Positions 28,879 through 44,285 are shown, numbered from the stretch's first letter. The stretch: 64,000 nt of DNA from Octopus vulgaris (GCA_951406725.2 OX597821.1:18972001-19036000), one strand, 5' to 3'. Numbers and translations: made by a program. Notes: generated by a model not told the origin, from the letters alone.

Positions 28879-29789
28879 GGCTTATAAACACCTTCCACGC
28901 TGCAATTGTTTTCGTTCCAGCACACGATCTCAGATCAAGTCACTCGCTATGCAAGTACATCTCCATTCACTGATTAGCCTACTTACAATAGTGATGTCGC
29001 AAAAATTTCCATAGTTGCTTTCTTCACAAAAGCCATATAACTCAGTAAAAGCTAACGTATTTGAGTACTGAGCGAAATGAATACAGTGCCAAAAACAATA
29101 CAATGCTATGTTAGTAAACTTGGTAGACAAAAATTTTATGGACACCCATTACAGCAGATGCGGTTTTCGAATACCGCATGAAATCCTACAGATTTTCCCC
29201 ATCTTCTTCATCTGTACTATCAAATATATAATTCTATATCTTGAACACTGTGTCATATGTCACTGACGTTACTTGATTTAAACAATGCATGTGCCCATGT
29301 ATGTAACAACAGTTAATGAAGAATAAAATTTCTTAAATTTCAAAACGGAAGTCAACTTTATAAGAACGAAAAAGCAATACCACAATTATATATCTGTGAA
29401 TGTGACTATCTGCGTGTATGGCTGAATGTACCGTTGCAAGTGTGTTCATATTTATATCTATCTTTGTATGTATGTGTGTGTATTTGTCAATGTATGTGCA
29501 TGTGTCTTTGAATGTTTGCGCTTATTCATTTCTAGTTCTATGTGTGTAAGGGTGCGTGTGTATGTATATGTGCCCGTCTATCCATATATAGACATGTATA
29601 AACTCCTGAGTCTAAGTGACTTTATGTGTGCCTATTTGTGTTCGCATGCATTCATGTGTGTGTGTAAGCGTGCGTGTATGCGTGTGTGTGTGTGTGTGTG
29701 TGTGTGTATGATTAATAGTTCATTGATTGCAGTGATCATTTCGACACTCTTTCCTATTTAATTATGTAAAAGTGTTTTCTACCACAAGT

Positions 29790-30603
<814 letters not shown>

Positions 30604-31163
30604 ACCTTGTTATATATCATGTCACGTTGATCCAATCTGATAAATATCTCAAGGATGCAATGTCTCTGGAACATACAAATGTAGAAATGAATTTTGACGA
30701 TTAGAAATTCAATTGATCAAAACAACTGTATGTTCATCGTCGTAATCGACGAAGGATCTCTCATTCTCCACAATACATCATTTTCTCGATAGATACACAC
30801 ACATACACACTAACACGCCCCACACACATTCCCATTCACACTTCGCCTTCACGCTTTTTTTCTAACACTCGAGTTCCATCGTTTAAATCTTCCTCTCTCT
30901 CTCTCTCTCTCTCTCATCTCTCTCCCTTTCTCTCTCTTTGTTTCTCTGATTACTCCTCCCGCCTTCTCTTATCTTTTTTCCTCCCACGGCTCTTGCCCTC
31001 CCCCACCGTCACTTAATCTCTCTCTCTCTCTCTCTCTTTCTTTACGTCATCACGTTGACAATGATAATTTCTAAATTAAATTGTCCACATCAATGTAAGG
31101 AAATTGACTCAAATATCGACCCGAGCAATTTGTGTTATTTCAGTTGGAGAATTCGCACAACTC

Positions 31164-31175
31164 TGCCGCCGCCGC

Positions 31176-31207
<32 letters not shown>

Positions 31208-31608
31208 CCACCGCCACCGCCACAATTACCACCACCACCATCACCAAAACCACCACCACCATCGCCACCACAACCACCACCACAACCACCACCACAACCA
31301 CCACCACCACCACCACCACCGCCACCATCGCCTCCACCGCCCCCACCGTTTCCGGAGCTGGCTCCACCACCAACACGGCCACAACCACCACGACGATGAC
31401 AACAAATAACACCACTACCACCACCACCACCACTACCACCACCAACACCACCACCACCACCACCACCACCACCACCACCACCACCACCACCACCACCACC
31501 ACCACCACCACCGCCGCCGCCGCCGTCGCCTCCACCACCCACACCGTTTCCGGAGCTAGCTCCACTACCAACACGGCCACAACCACCACGACGATGACAA
31601 CAAATAAC

Positions 31609-31640
<32 letters not shown>

Positions 31641-32180
31641 CCATCATCTCCGCAACCAGCAGTACCACCGCCGCCACCGTCATCAATAACCATTACTGCC
31701 ACCTACGTCTCACCACCACCACCATCACTATCACCATCACTAACTCTGCAAGAACCAACAGCAGCAACATCAACATCAAATACAATTACAATACCAACAC
31801 TGCCAACACTAGACCTCCATCTGCACTCACCACCATCTCCACCATTACTACCACCATTAATACCAACACTGCCGTCACCATCATCTCCAACACCTCCACA
31901 ACCACCACCACTCACCACATTCAGCACTTTCACCACGACCACCACGGCCACTACGACCACTGCCGTCACCACCTTCAATATTACTACCACTACCATTGTC
32001 ACTATCACCACTACCACCAAAATCACCAATATCAACAACACAATGTCTATCACCGCTGCCACCACCACCACGAAAAAACCACTACCACCACCCGTACCAT
32101 CAAGTTCAACAACAACTCAATCAATGCTGCTGCTGCTACCACCACGTCTCCGACCACCAACTACTATTAACCACCACTGA
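31164..32180. repeat. (ACC/GCC)n low-complexity region with a duplicated ~100-bp unit
   Basis: caccgtttccggagct...acgacgatgacaacaaataacaccac occurs at about 31345 and 31542. Confidence 0.85.
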
Positions 32181-32364
32181 TAACAAGAACAACACTTTCA
32201 TTACATCTACATTTTAGAACTATACACAACACAATTACCAGTCCTCCAAAACTTCTACACTCGGTGGCTACAAATTCACCACTGTAAATTTTGTTGTCAA
32301 GAGGTACTCTGAAAATGGTGGCCAAATCTCCCACTAATCACACTTCAACGTCTTGAATAACGCG

Positions 32365-32620
32365 GTCCTAAAACCTCTGCTTCATGCTGGTTGCAACATA
32401 GGACAACACCACGGACAACTTCTTTACTTCTAACTATGCTAGAGGAAAAAGACCGTGGGAAACCTAGACTTAAATTCAAAGATACTGTAAAAATATGACG
32501 TGGAAAGAAATTGATCATAATGAATGGCGAACAAATGTGAGCAAGCCGACCAGTACGAAGAAAGCTTAGTAAGTCACATCAAAGACTTGAACAGTCATAG
32601 TCGCCACGACTGAGTTGACA
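32365..32620 (+). mobile_element. Degenerate RTE LINE 3' fragment
   Basis: Remnant of QLLY...RGKRP.GKPRLKFKDTVK. Confidence 0.5.
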
Positions 32621-32702
32621 TGAGATTTTCTGCGCGTAGAAAAATACAGGATGTTAGAAATAGCAATCGCATCAATCTGAAATCAAACTGTATATTGTTA
32701 CA

Positions 32703-33020
32703 GTCGATTAGATCGACCCCAGTACACAACTGGTACTTAATTTATCGACCCAGAAAAGGTGAAAGGCAAATTTGAACTTAGAACGTAAATACAGACGAAA
32801 TACCTATTTCTTTACTACTCACAAGGAGCTAAACACAGAGAGGACAAACAAGGACAGACAAATGGATTAAGTCGATTATATCGGCTCCAGTGCGTAACTA
32901 GTACTTAATTTATCGACCCCGAAAGGATAAAAGGCAAAGTCGTCCTCGGAGGAATTTGAACTCAGAACGTAGCGGCAGACGAAATGCCTATTTCTTTATT
33001 ACCCACAAGGGGCTAATCCA
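32703..33020 (-). mobile_element. Nin-domain SINE units (tandem)
   Basis: gtacttaatttatcgacccc...aaaggcaaagtcg...ggaatttgaactcagaacg occurs twice. Confidence 0.8.
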
Positions 33021-33125
33021 GAGAAGTTGGTGTTCTCCAATTTGCCACAAGAACGTAACGTTCTCGGGTTTTTTTTTTTTTTTTCTCGGACACAATATTA
33101 AATACAACAATGTTTGACATGTCCA

Positions 33126-33525
33126 AGGCGAAGAGCTGGCAGAAAAGTTAGCAAGCCGGCAAAATGCTTAGCAGGATTTCATCTGCCGCTACCTTCTGCG
33201 TTCAAATTCCGTCGATGTCGACTTTGCCTTTCATCCTTTCGGGGTCGATTAAATAAGTACGAGTTACGCACTGGGGTCGATATACTCGACTTAATCCGTT
33301 TGTCTGTCCTTGTTTGTCCTCTCTCTGATTAGCCCCATGTGGGAAGTAACGAAATAGGTATTTCTTCTGTCTTTACTTTCTGACTTCAAATTCCGCCGAG
33401 GTCGACTCTGTCTTTCATCCTTTCGGGGTCGATAAATTAAGTACCTGTTTCTTACTGGATTCGATATTACCCACTGGCACCCTCACCCAAAATTTTGGGC
33501 CTTGTGCCTAGTGTAGAAAAGAATA
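33126..33525 (+). mobile_element. Nin-domain SINE (dimeric)
   Basis: Head aaggcgaagagctggcaga; gcctttcatcctttcggggtcgat...aagtac occurs twice. Confidence 0.85.
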
Positions 33526-33897
33526 TATGCGCAAGTCTATGCATATGTATACCTAGCAATATACACAGGCACACATACACACACAAATCGATATATACAC
33601 TCATGTTGTCTGAGTCTCAGTGATAAGTAGCCAGTGTTAAACCGAAGTGAGATGATCAGGCATTACATGTAACGCAGATTTTACATTAGAGTGTCCTTCT
33701 TCTAGACAACAGCTAGGAGTCAGCTCAGTCTCAGTGATTTTACTGTGCGCCCAAACAACAAACAGTCACTGCACCCAGATGGTGTGTCATCATATATACT
33801 ACTGGTTAATTTGCTAGGATCCTGGCAGATGCTATTACCCTGGATCAGAGCAGACAGGGAAACCCAAACTGTACCAACGTATATATACATACATATA

Positions 33898-34545
33898 TAC
33901 GAGGGGCGTTCAATAAGTAATGCCCCTGACCCACTTCCCATAGCAGTAGAGCAACCAAACTTGGCACAGTTATTAGTCTTTTTCTACATAGGAACCACTC
34001 AGAGTTACGCATTTCTCCCATTGTTTGATGCAGCTCTGGAGACCGTTTTTGTAGAAGACCCCAGCTTGGTCCTCCAACCTGAACGTGACTTCAGAAATCA
34101 AGGCTGCATCATCTGGGAAACGCTTTCCTTTCAAAAATAACTTCATGACTGGAAAGAGGTGAAAATCAGAGGGTGCAAGGTCAGGAGAGTAGGGGGATGG
34201 GGAGGAGTTCATAGCCATACGCCTGTGCTTCTGATCTGGCGACAAGCGAGTTGTGGACCGGAGCATTGTCCTGCAGGAGGAGGATGCCTTTGCTGATCTT
34301 GCCCCGCCTCTTGATTTTGATAACTTCTCTTAATTTCCTCAAAAGTGAAGCATATCAGGCTCCTGCAATTGTGGTACCCTTTGCCAAGAAATCTGTCATC
34401 ACTACTCCGTCCTGGTCCCAGAAGACTGTGAGCATGACCTTGCCAGCGGAGGGCTACACCCTTGCCTTCTTTGGAGGAGGTGAGTCACGGTGCTTCCACT
34501 GCATTGACTGGGCTTTGGTCTCTGGATCATCGTGATCAAACATCC
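33898..34545 (-). mobile_element. mariner (DD34D) transposon 3' half with TIR, internally deleted
   Basis: PYSPDLAPSDFHLFP...KGKRF...WEKCVTLSGSYVEK (33973-34266); the terminal TA-cgaggggcgttcaataag is mariner-TIR-like. Confidence 0.85.
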
Positions 34546-35045
34546 AGTCAATCACTAGTAATGGCAGCGTTATACCTCCATTCATCTTCCCAAACGGCCC
34601 CTGACTCAACACGGAGACCTACATCAAGTGTCTAGAGGACGTGCCTGGGCCAAGAGGGTGTCTGCTGGAAGACCCTATGTCTGATAACAGGACTCTGCAC
34701 CATGCCACAAAAGCAGGAGAACCCAGTCATGGTTTTCAGACAATTTCTGCGACCACATCACCTCTAGCATCTGGCCACCTAACTCCCTAGACTGCAACTC
34801 CCTTGATTATTATGCGTGGGGCACAGTTGAACCAGAGCCCAACAAAACTCCTTGTAACACCAAAGAAGGACTCAAGGCAGGAGCTATGACAGCACTCACC
34901 AACTAAAGCAAGGAGACTGTGCAGAAGAGTTGAAGGAGATTCCGAAGTCGCATGGAGGCCATGGTTGAAGCCAATGGCGATTTTATTGAATAAATTTACT
35001 CTTCAGTATTTCAAGATATTTTAATTTAATTTTTGGTAAATATAT
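34546..35045 (+). mobile_element. Tc1/mariner (maT-like) transposase relic
   Basis: QDSAPCH and IWPPNSLDCNSLDYYAWG remnants; homologous to 7430-7900. Confidence 0.75.
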
Positions 35046-35100
35046 CTCTCTCCATCAAATCGCGATCGCTAGATCATGAGTGCCAGACTCTAACCACTAG

Positions 35101-35182
<82 letters not shown>

Positions 35183-35550
35183 CATATACACACACACATA
35201 TAGACATTCACTCACGTATAAGGATATATATGTTCGTATTTGTGTATATATATCTATATATGGGATCCACATATATGTATATATCAGTATATATATATAA
35301 GCGCATATATATATATATACATACACACAAACACCCCCCCACACACATATATATAGTCAATCTAAACATGAACAAGCAAATTTTAACCAACAACGCAAGG
35401 ACATGGAATAAGTACAGCGTTATTGGACACTCAGGAAAGGTAAGAAAAAAAATATATACATATATATACACATGCATACGCAGACAGGCATACACACATA
35501 CAATACACACACGCATACACACACATATGCACACACATGAGCACATACAT

Positions 35551-35583
<33 letters not shown>

Positions 35584-35923
35584 TACACGCACATGTATAT
35601 ATATGTGAGCTTGTCTGCATGTATGTCCAGGTAGCTTTCATAACGAACAGGAGACTAAGCGCTTAATGCATGGTGTAGAATGTAATCAGGTGACCCCGCA
35701 GGACTCTCAATCAAAGCAAGGAATACTCCTTTGATTGTTCGGGCAATTGGGAAACTTAAAGGAACGTCGGATGGCATCAGATGAATATTTAATAACATTA
35801 CTAACCACATCACTGACTAACGAAACCGGACCCATGGCGAAGCTATGAAGTTCCTATTAACCTCATCCCCGCTCAAATTATATTTTATATCCTGCTTAAA
35901 GCTACTGAGAAATCCTTCATTTC

Positions 35924-35998
<75 letters not shown>

Positions 35999-36254
35999 AC
36001 ATACACGCACTCATATATTTACTTATGCAAATGGATATTTGCATATATATATGTATATATACACGTGGGAAATTTGACTGGCGACTGTTGGTGCTCCCAC
36101 CACCGATAGTTTTCGGATTAAGAGACAGAGAGAAGAGAAATAAAAGGGAGAGGGACATTTCCCTTAAGGGTAAATACATGCGCACATATATGTATATACG
36201 ATAGTAGAGTATTTTAAAACTTTATGTATACACACACACACACATACACACACA

Positions 36255-36650
36255 TTTTTTTCTTTTATTCTTTCATTTGTTTCAGTCATCTGAGTGCCGC
36301 CATGCTGGAGCACCGCATTTGTAGTCGAAGAAATCGACCTCAAAACTTATTTTTTGTAAGCTTAGTATTTACACTATCGATCTGTTTTGCCGATCTGCCA
36401 ATTTACGGGGACGTAAACACACCAACATCAGTTATCAAGCGATGGTGGAAAGAGAAACACAGACACACAAACATATACATATATATGAGTGGCTTCTTTC
36501 AGTTTCCGTCTACTAAATCATCTCACAAGGCTATGATCGGCCCGAGGCTATAGTAGAAGCCATTTGCCCAAGGTGCCACGCAGTGGGACTTGACCCGGAA
36601 CCATGTGGTTGGTAAGCAAGCTACTTACCAAACAGCCACTCCTGTGCCTA
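36255..36650 (-). mobile_element. tRNA-derived SINE with CORE-like segment
   Basis: Reverse complement of the family at 56481-56845 (ggttc...cccactgcgtggcaccttgggcaa). Confidence 0.8.
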
Positions 36651-37284
36651 TATATCTGTTTACATACACATATACGTCGCGAGAAGCTAAAAGTTACTTT
36701 CTTCTTTCTCTTACATTTCAGACACCTCAAACGAATTATCTGTTTCAGAAAAAAGTATATTAATAATTTTCTATTTACAGGGACACCTCCAATTTGCCTT
36801 TTATCAATATAAATCTCGTCAACTCCAATCTCAGATCGTCATCGTCAGCCTCAATTTCGCTATCTTCAAACTCAGCTATGATTTCGTCTATCTCCGTCAC
36901 TTCGTCTTCAACTTAAATGTTGTTGCTGTAAGATGGAGTTATTACCTTTTGTGAACAGATATTGACATCAGTGACTGCTTGTTACAAAATTGTAAAAAGA
37001 ATGTAAGCGTTAATATGTTTTGAAAAGGATTACAAATTTTGTAATATGAACATTGTCTCACTTTACATTACGGTAAATATACATACATTAAGTATAAAAG
37101 ATGGATGCAAAACTACCGATGCCGATATATGCATATACAATACGATAAAGACGAAAGTAAATATTTTTAAACTTATTATTTATTATTCCCATTTCTTAAC
37201 TCTTTTAAACAATTCCTACAAAATCCAACACAATCATTGTACGTAAAATCAGTCCGGTATGGATCAATAAATGCAGAACAAAGA

Positions 37285-37625
37285 AACGGGCCAGAGACCC
37301 GTCCCGAGCCATAGGTTCATAAGACCGGTGTCCCGGATTTTGTGGTGTATATATACTCCACTGGATAGGACGCCGGTCCGTCGCAGGGTTACTTATTTTT
37401 GCCAACTGAGTAGATTCGAGCAACGTGAAGTGAAGTGTTTTGTGCAAGAACACAACGCATCGACCCCGAAAGGATGAAAGGCAAAGTCGACCTCGGCGGA
37501 ATTTGAACTCAGAACGTAGCGATAGACGAAATACGGCTACGCATTTCGCCCGACGTGCTAACGTTTCTGCCAGCCCACCGCCCAACTACCGACACCCTAA
37601 CTACTAAGCCATTGGCCTCCAGACA
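37285..37625 (-). mobile_element. Fused SINE fragments (OK/OR-like tail, Nin-SINE segment, tRNA head end)
   Basis: Matches the tail of 56933-57262 and the Nin-SINE motifs. Confidence 0.65.
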
Positions 37626-39051
37626 CACACACACACACACACATACATGTATATATCTTCGATGAGGAATAAAGGAACAAAGGGGATTTTATGTACATCA
37701 AAAACAGAAAACAGACGCAAGCGAAGAGCAATAAGCTTTGAACTCTCTTGAATCTTTTACTCACAACCCGTTCAGAATCGTGAAAAACCTTGTGCAAACA
37801 AAACAAATCAAGTTGCTTACTTTAAACATACTTCGAAAATTATTTGAGTGTCATATACGCTATGCCAAGTGGGATCTCAATTCAAGACTTACTCCTAAAT
37901 CCAAACAGGGTTCAGATATTTCCACTTGAGCCTGAGATCCGCTTCAACGATTAGAATCATGGCTGCAACACCCTAACCACTAAGCCACGCACCTCACAGA
38001 CCTAAATATTTCCAATAACCAACACTGGGTTGGCTTTGATTACCGAAGTTGATATTCCGGAGTGACGACGCTTAGATTGACTATGACCAAATCGAAATAC
38101 ATCACAAAAGTGGTCGAGACTGATGTTAACGAAATGGACGTTGAAGATGTCGAATTTGAGATTGACGAAATTGATATTGATATCGATGAAATTGGAGGAA
38201 AGCCGTAATTTTAAGTGAAAACGTAAATACGTTTTAGAGATTTCAATTAATTATTTGGATAATATATATTTTTCTTAGCTCTCTTTTCGCCAGCTATGTT
38301 ATAGATTTCTATGTATGAAAAATATTATAATTCGACCAACTTGAAGATAAATCCATAGATTTTTAAACTTGCATGCTTAAAAGTTTTGCATTAAAATTTA
38401 ATTAGAAAATAAAATTTACATATGAATATGATTATATGCAAAAACTAATTAACTTCATGATCTTCCTTCCAAAAATATAATCCTTTTCATCATACGAAGT
38501 TCATCAATTAAAGGGCTCATTATTAACTTCCTTCATATATAGCTATCCATTAAATTAAAACACACGAAGGATCATAACTATTGAAGAGAATTTATTCAAT
38601 TTTTTCTCCCCAGGTGTAGATGAAATAAATACCAGTTTACTATTGAGATCGATGGTATCGACTTATCCCTTGTCCTCAAAATTACTGGCATTGTGCCTAA
38701 ATCAAATCATTATCATTATTGGTGAAATTCGCATCACAACTAGATGGTTCTGGACCCGATCACTCTTTGCTATACCACAATGAGGATCTGTCTTCTCCTA
38801 TTGCCAAATGCCTTTTGAGTGAAATTTTATTGAGGTAAACTATGCAAACGCTTGTTTTATGAGTATTTTCTATTCGTCTACTGGAAATTGTTGGATTTTA
38901 CTCCATAAGGGGAGAAAACCTCCTTAACTAAAGCTAATATAATACTACATCAGCTCTTCCTTGAATAAAAACGAATGCCAGTCTGAGAACTAGGTACAAT
39001 ATACTTGATTCAACATGACATAAAATTAGTGAAAATAAAGCATTATTATTA

Positions 39052-39125
<74 letters not shown>

Positions 39126-39137
39126 GTTATTATTATT

Positions 39138-39483
39138 CAGTAGTTTTATTTTTATAGCGTGCTATCACTTCACTACCGAGCGCAGCTCTGTGTGCCTTGG
39201 GTATGTGCTGTGATTTGTTGTTGATGCTCTGATGGTTATTGTATGGAAAGTGTTCTGCGTAGGATCTGTGCAGTGCCTAGTAGTGCAATTTTCTGTATGT
39301 TGTATGTGTTTGTAAGTCCTGGGGTTTTTGCTATGTATTTGTCTGAATATTTTTTTATCATGCCTAATGCACCTACTATGATAGGAATTGTTTCTGTTTT
39401 TAGATTCCACATTCTGGTTACCTCTATTTCCAGGTCTTTGTATTTTAAGAGTTTCCTCCATTTCTTTTAGAGACACGTTGTCA
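39138..39483 (-). mobile_element. R4/Dong-like LINE 3' fragment (restriction-like endonuclease C-terminus)
   Basis: With one frameshift it reads EKLxKYKDLEIEVTRMWNLKTETIPIIVGALG...IQKIALLGTAQILRRTL; embedded in (TAA)n. Confidence 0.85.
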
Positions 39484-39554
<71 letters not shown>

Positions 39555-39570
39555 GTTACTGTTATTGTTA

Positions 39571-39605
<35 letters not shown>

Positions 39606-39621
39606 GTTACTGTTATTGTTA

Positions 39622-39662
<41 letters not shown>

Positions 39663-39675
39663 GTTGTTGTTGTTG

Positions 39676-39716
<41 letters not shown>

Positions 39717-40270
39717 GAGTGAGAGAGCAGTGCATGCCATCAAAGTGACACTGGGGTAAAATATACGAAGCCCAATATACCCATCATGACTACCCGTCTG
39801 ATAAGGGTACACCAGGCACATGCATCACAACCATATGTGCGCGACATGGTGATCTCGTATCAAGATAAACAGCACATGACCTTGCAGGTGGGGCCCGGTT
39901 AGAATTTTCTTCAGGTTGAGTAGCCCATCCCGCTCAAAAGGTCCCTGAATAAGGGTTGTTTAAGGATGTTGAAAGAACCACCCATGTTTCCAGAGGTGAA
40001 TTATTCAAACCCCAAAGAATTCCTCTCAACACATGGCTATGATGCTCCCCCACTACTTCTGCTCGTGATCAGAGATGCACATATCGTCAGCCACTAAGGG
40101 ACATGCTCAACTGGTTAAGGTCAAGCAACTGACAAGCAAATCTGTGGTATTGAGAAGAATATTTGCTGGAGCCCATCTTTTATACCAAGACAAAACAATG
40201 TACATGATAACACTTCCAATCAGTTAAGATCAGAAGCCATGAGAGCCACTGCCTGGTACTGCATCAGGGC

Positions 40271-40272
<2 letters not shown>
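39717..40272 (-). mobile_element. ~555-bp non-coding (TAA)n-inserted element (SINE-like)
   Basis: Near-identical to 55320-55841 and partly to 41065-41403; same termini; TAA runs on both sides. Confidence 0.75.
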
Positions 40273-40333
<61 letters not shown>

Positions 40334-40346
40334 TATTATTATTATT

Positions 40347-40698
40347 CAGTAGTTTTATTTTTATTTTTATAGCGTGCTTTCACTTCACTACCGAGCGCAG
40401 CTCTGTGTGCCTTGGGTATGTGCTGTGATTTGTTGTTGATGCTCTGATGGTTATTGTATGGAAAGTGTTCTGCGTAGGATCTGTGCAGTGCCTAGTAGTG
40501 CAATTTTCTGTATGTTGTATGTGTTTGTAAGTCCTGGGGTTTTTGCTATGTATTTGTCTGAATATTTTTTTATCATGCCTAATGCACCTACTATGATAGG
40601 AATTGTTTCTGTTTTTAGATTCCACATTCTGGTTACCTCTATTTCCAGGTCTTTGTATTTTAAGAGTTTCCTCCATTTCTTTTAGAGACACGTTGTCA
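40347..40698 (-). mobile_element. Second copy of the R4/Dong-like 3' fragment
   Basis: Nearly identical to 39138-39483, including the truncation point and the frameshift. Confidence 0.85.
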
Positions 40699-40757
<59 letters not shown>

Positions 40758-40773
40758 GTTACTGTTATTGTTA

Positions 40774-40808
<35 letters not shown>

Positions 40809-40824
40809 GTTACTGTTATTGTTA

Positions 40825-40859
<35 letters not shown>

Positions 40860-40886
40860 GTTGTTGTTGTTGTTGTTGTTATTAGC

Positions 40887-40921
<35 letters not shown>

Positions 40922-41064
40922 GATTATTATATTATTATTGAGCCAGGACTGGGCAGCTAGAGATAATATGATTTATTGTTTCTTGTCCATCTCCACATAT
41001 TCTGCAGTTACTTGTAATATTTCTTTTCATTACATGTTTTTGGTAATTTCGGGTTGAGGCTTCC

Positions 41065-41584
<520 letters not shown>

Positions 41585-41610
41585 CATTATTATTTTTCTT
41601 ATTATTATTA

Positions 41611-41662
<52 letters not shown>

Positions 41663-41700
41663 CATTATTATTATTATTGTTATTATTATTGTTATTATTA

Positions 41701-41787
<87 letters not shown>

Positions 41788-41954
41788 TATGTTTGACTTT
41801 TGCTTTATGTCTGTACAAGTTGGCTCCAAGTCTCACCCAGAGACCTCAAGAGACAACAGGTTGGAAGTTCTGTGCCATATATTTGGTTTTTTAAAAAATT
41901 TTTTTGGTGTTGTACTAGTGAATGTCTAATACTTAAAAAAAATATGTATATATT

Positions 41955-43430
41955 ATACGAAGCGGTGACAGGGGCGTTCATTAATGCGGAAAAGTCGGTG
42001 GGCTTGCAACTGGGCACAGACGATCCCGTTAAAATACTCGGGGTCTGGTTCGGTCTGGACCTCCAGGTGGAGAAAAATTGGAACGAGGTGACGAGCTGGC
42101 TGGACAATCTTACCCAGAAACAGGCCGAGAGGAAGCTGTCCCTGAAAGGTCGAGCTGAGGTGGTGAATGCATACATCGCATCCATCATCTATTACTGATT
42201 GGCCGTTATCCCTTGTCCCGACCGCTGGTTGGCCTAGCTGATGCACTTGCTCTTCGACTTTCTGTGGAAGGGTCAGGGATCACTGGTCAGGCGCTCCATC
42301 TGCAGTCAACACCCGCTGAACGGAGGCCTTGGCATGTCGTCGTTGCTGATGCGTAGACACTCGCTCAGGCTACAGCATCCCAAGCGTTTCCTAGACGGTG
42401 AGCAGGTGTGGTCATTGTTTGTCAGACTCTCCTTTCCACAGCTCGCCTCTTTGAGGGAACTGCAATCTTGGATCAAACGTAGACCGAGAAAGGACGCTTG
42501 GCACCTCAAGTATCTTCAAGCTCTCACTGCCCTCTTCCAGGCGGCAATGCGATCGGTATTACTTCCACTCTAGCGTTCTATAGAGGGTTAGTACAGAAAA
42601 AGTGCAACAACGTTCGCGGGGAAACTCTAGGCTTCGACGACGACTAACTAAGCAGTCTATTTGGCAGAACTTTCGGACCGGGACACATAGATAACTTCCA
42701 AAAGTCACGCGCCTGGCAGTGCTACTGAGGGGCGCTGTCTGTTCGGGATAAACTCTACCGCCACGGAAGTGCCGTTAGTCGGGCCTGCCCTAGGTGCGCT
42801 CAGAACGAGAAAACCTTTCTGCACGCACTGGTCCAGTGCCCGAGTATTGCTGACCTGTGGATTTATGTCGAACATCTATTGTCGCGTGTAGGACGGATCC
42901 GGCTATCAGCTGAATCCATAGTGAAGATTGCCCCGCCGGGAGGGCAAGGCAGTTTTCATTTGTCTGGTGGCTGTAGCAGAAGAGGTGGTATGGTAGACCC
43001 GTTTAAAAGGGCTAAAGTCTGACACTTTCCACTTTGGCCAATGCCTCATCAACTTTTTCAAGTTCCACTTGAAAAGGAAGGGAAGAGTAGAGAGGGAAGT
43101 ATTGTCTCGTAGCAAATTTGTTGAAAGGTGGGTGAATGTCGGAAGAATGGCCAATATGGACTGACCAATTCTGAGATTACACCTGTAAAAAGGAATATAA
43201 AAGGAGAAGGAGCTCTAGCCCCGTTTCACCAGGCACCCGTGGCTTTTATGGGGTTTTCCATGAGTAACCTTTCAAAGCGCCTTCCCCTATTGGGAGCTTT
43301 TACTTGTTATACTTTTCGTTATTATCTAATATTTACACGGTACTTTTCTTTTATCAAACCCCTTTTTTTTATCCTTCTGTGTTTGTCCTTTCATGTTTTT
43401 GATTCTATATTAGCCCTTGTGGCCAATATA
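41955..43430 (+). mobile_element. Tx1/L1-clade LINE ORF2 3' portion (post-RT region and zinc finger), disrupted
   Basis: YEAVTGAFINAEKS, KILGVWFG, RKLSLKGRAEVVN, FDFLWKG, PLNGGLGM, CPRCAQNEKTFLHALVQCP. Confidence 0.85.
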
Positions 43431-43457
43431 CCATAATTTATTATTATTATTATTACT

Positions 43458-43488
<31 letters not shown>

Positions 43489-43526
43489 CCGTCGTCCTCG
43501 TTGGTATTTTTATTTTTATTTTTATT

Positions 43527-44285
43527 AAGGTGGCGAGCTGGCCGGGCGAAATGCTTAGCGGTATTTCGTCTGCCTCTACGTTCTGAGTTCAAATTCCGCC
43601 GAGGTCGACTTTCCCTTTCATCCTTTCGGGGTCGATTAGATAAGTACCAGTTACGCACTGGGGTCGATATAATCGACTTAATCCGTTTGTCGGTCCTTGT
43701 TTGTCCTCTCTATGATTAGCCCCTTGTGTGTAGTAAACAAATAGGTGTTTCGTCTGTCTTTACATTCTGAGTTCAAATTACGCCGAGCTCGACTTTGCCT
43801 TTCATCCTTTCGTGCTCGATAGAACAAGTACCAGTTGCATAGTAGGGTCGATCTAATCGACTGGTCCCCTCCCTGCAAATTTAAGGCCTTGTGCTTAAAG
43901 TAGAAAAAATCGTTAGCCCTCCAGTCACAATGCTTAGTCGCATTTCTTTTTACGTTCTGAGTCCAAATTCCTGCGAGGTCGACATCACCTTTTACCCTTT
44001 AGTGGTCGATAACTTAAGTACCAGTTGCGTACTGGGGTCAAGCCCCTCCCCTACAATTTCAGGTTTGTGCCTATGATACAAATAATTATAAAGGGGGCGA
44101 TCTAGCAAAATATTTAGCAGCATTTCTTCCGGTTCTTTACGTTCTGAGCTGAAATCCGGCTGTATAAACAACAATATTTTCATTCTTTCGGTGTCGATGA
44201 AATAAGTACCAAAAAAAAAAATACTGGAAATAATGGAATCGAATTACTTCTTCCCAAAATTGCTGGCCTCGTGCTAAATTTGAAA
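43527..44285 (+). mobile_element. Cluster of about four Nin-domain SINE units
   Basis: Repeated ttctgagttcaaatt...tttcatccttt...gtcgat...aagtaccag. Confidence 0.8.

Noticed and set aside
31055-31689. Proline-rich or mucin-like ORFs
   Set aside because: (ACC/GCC)n repeat open in most frames; no splice or domain support.
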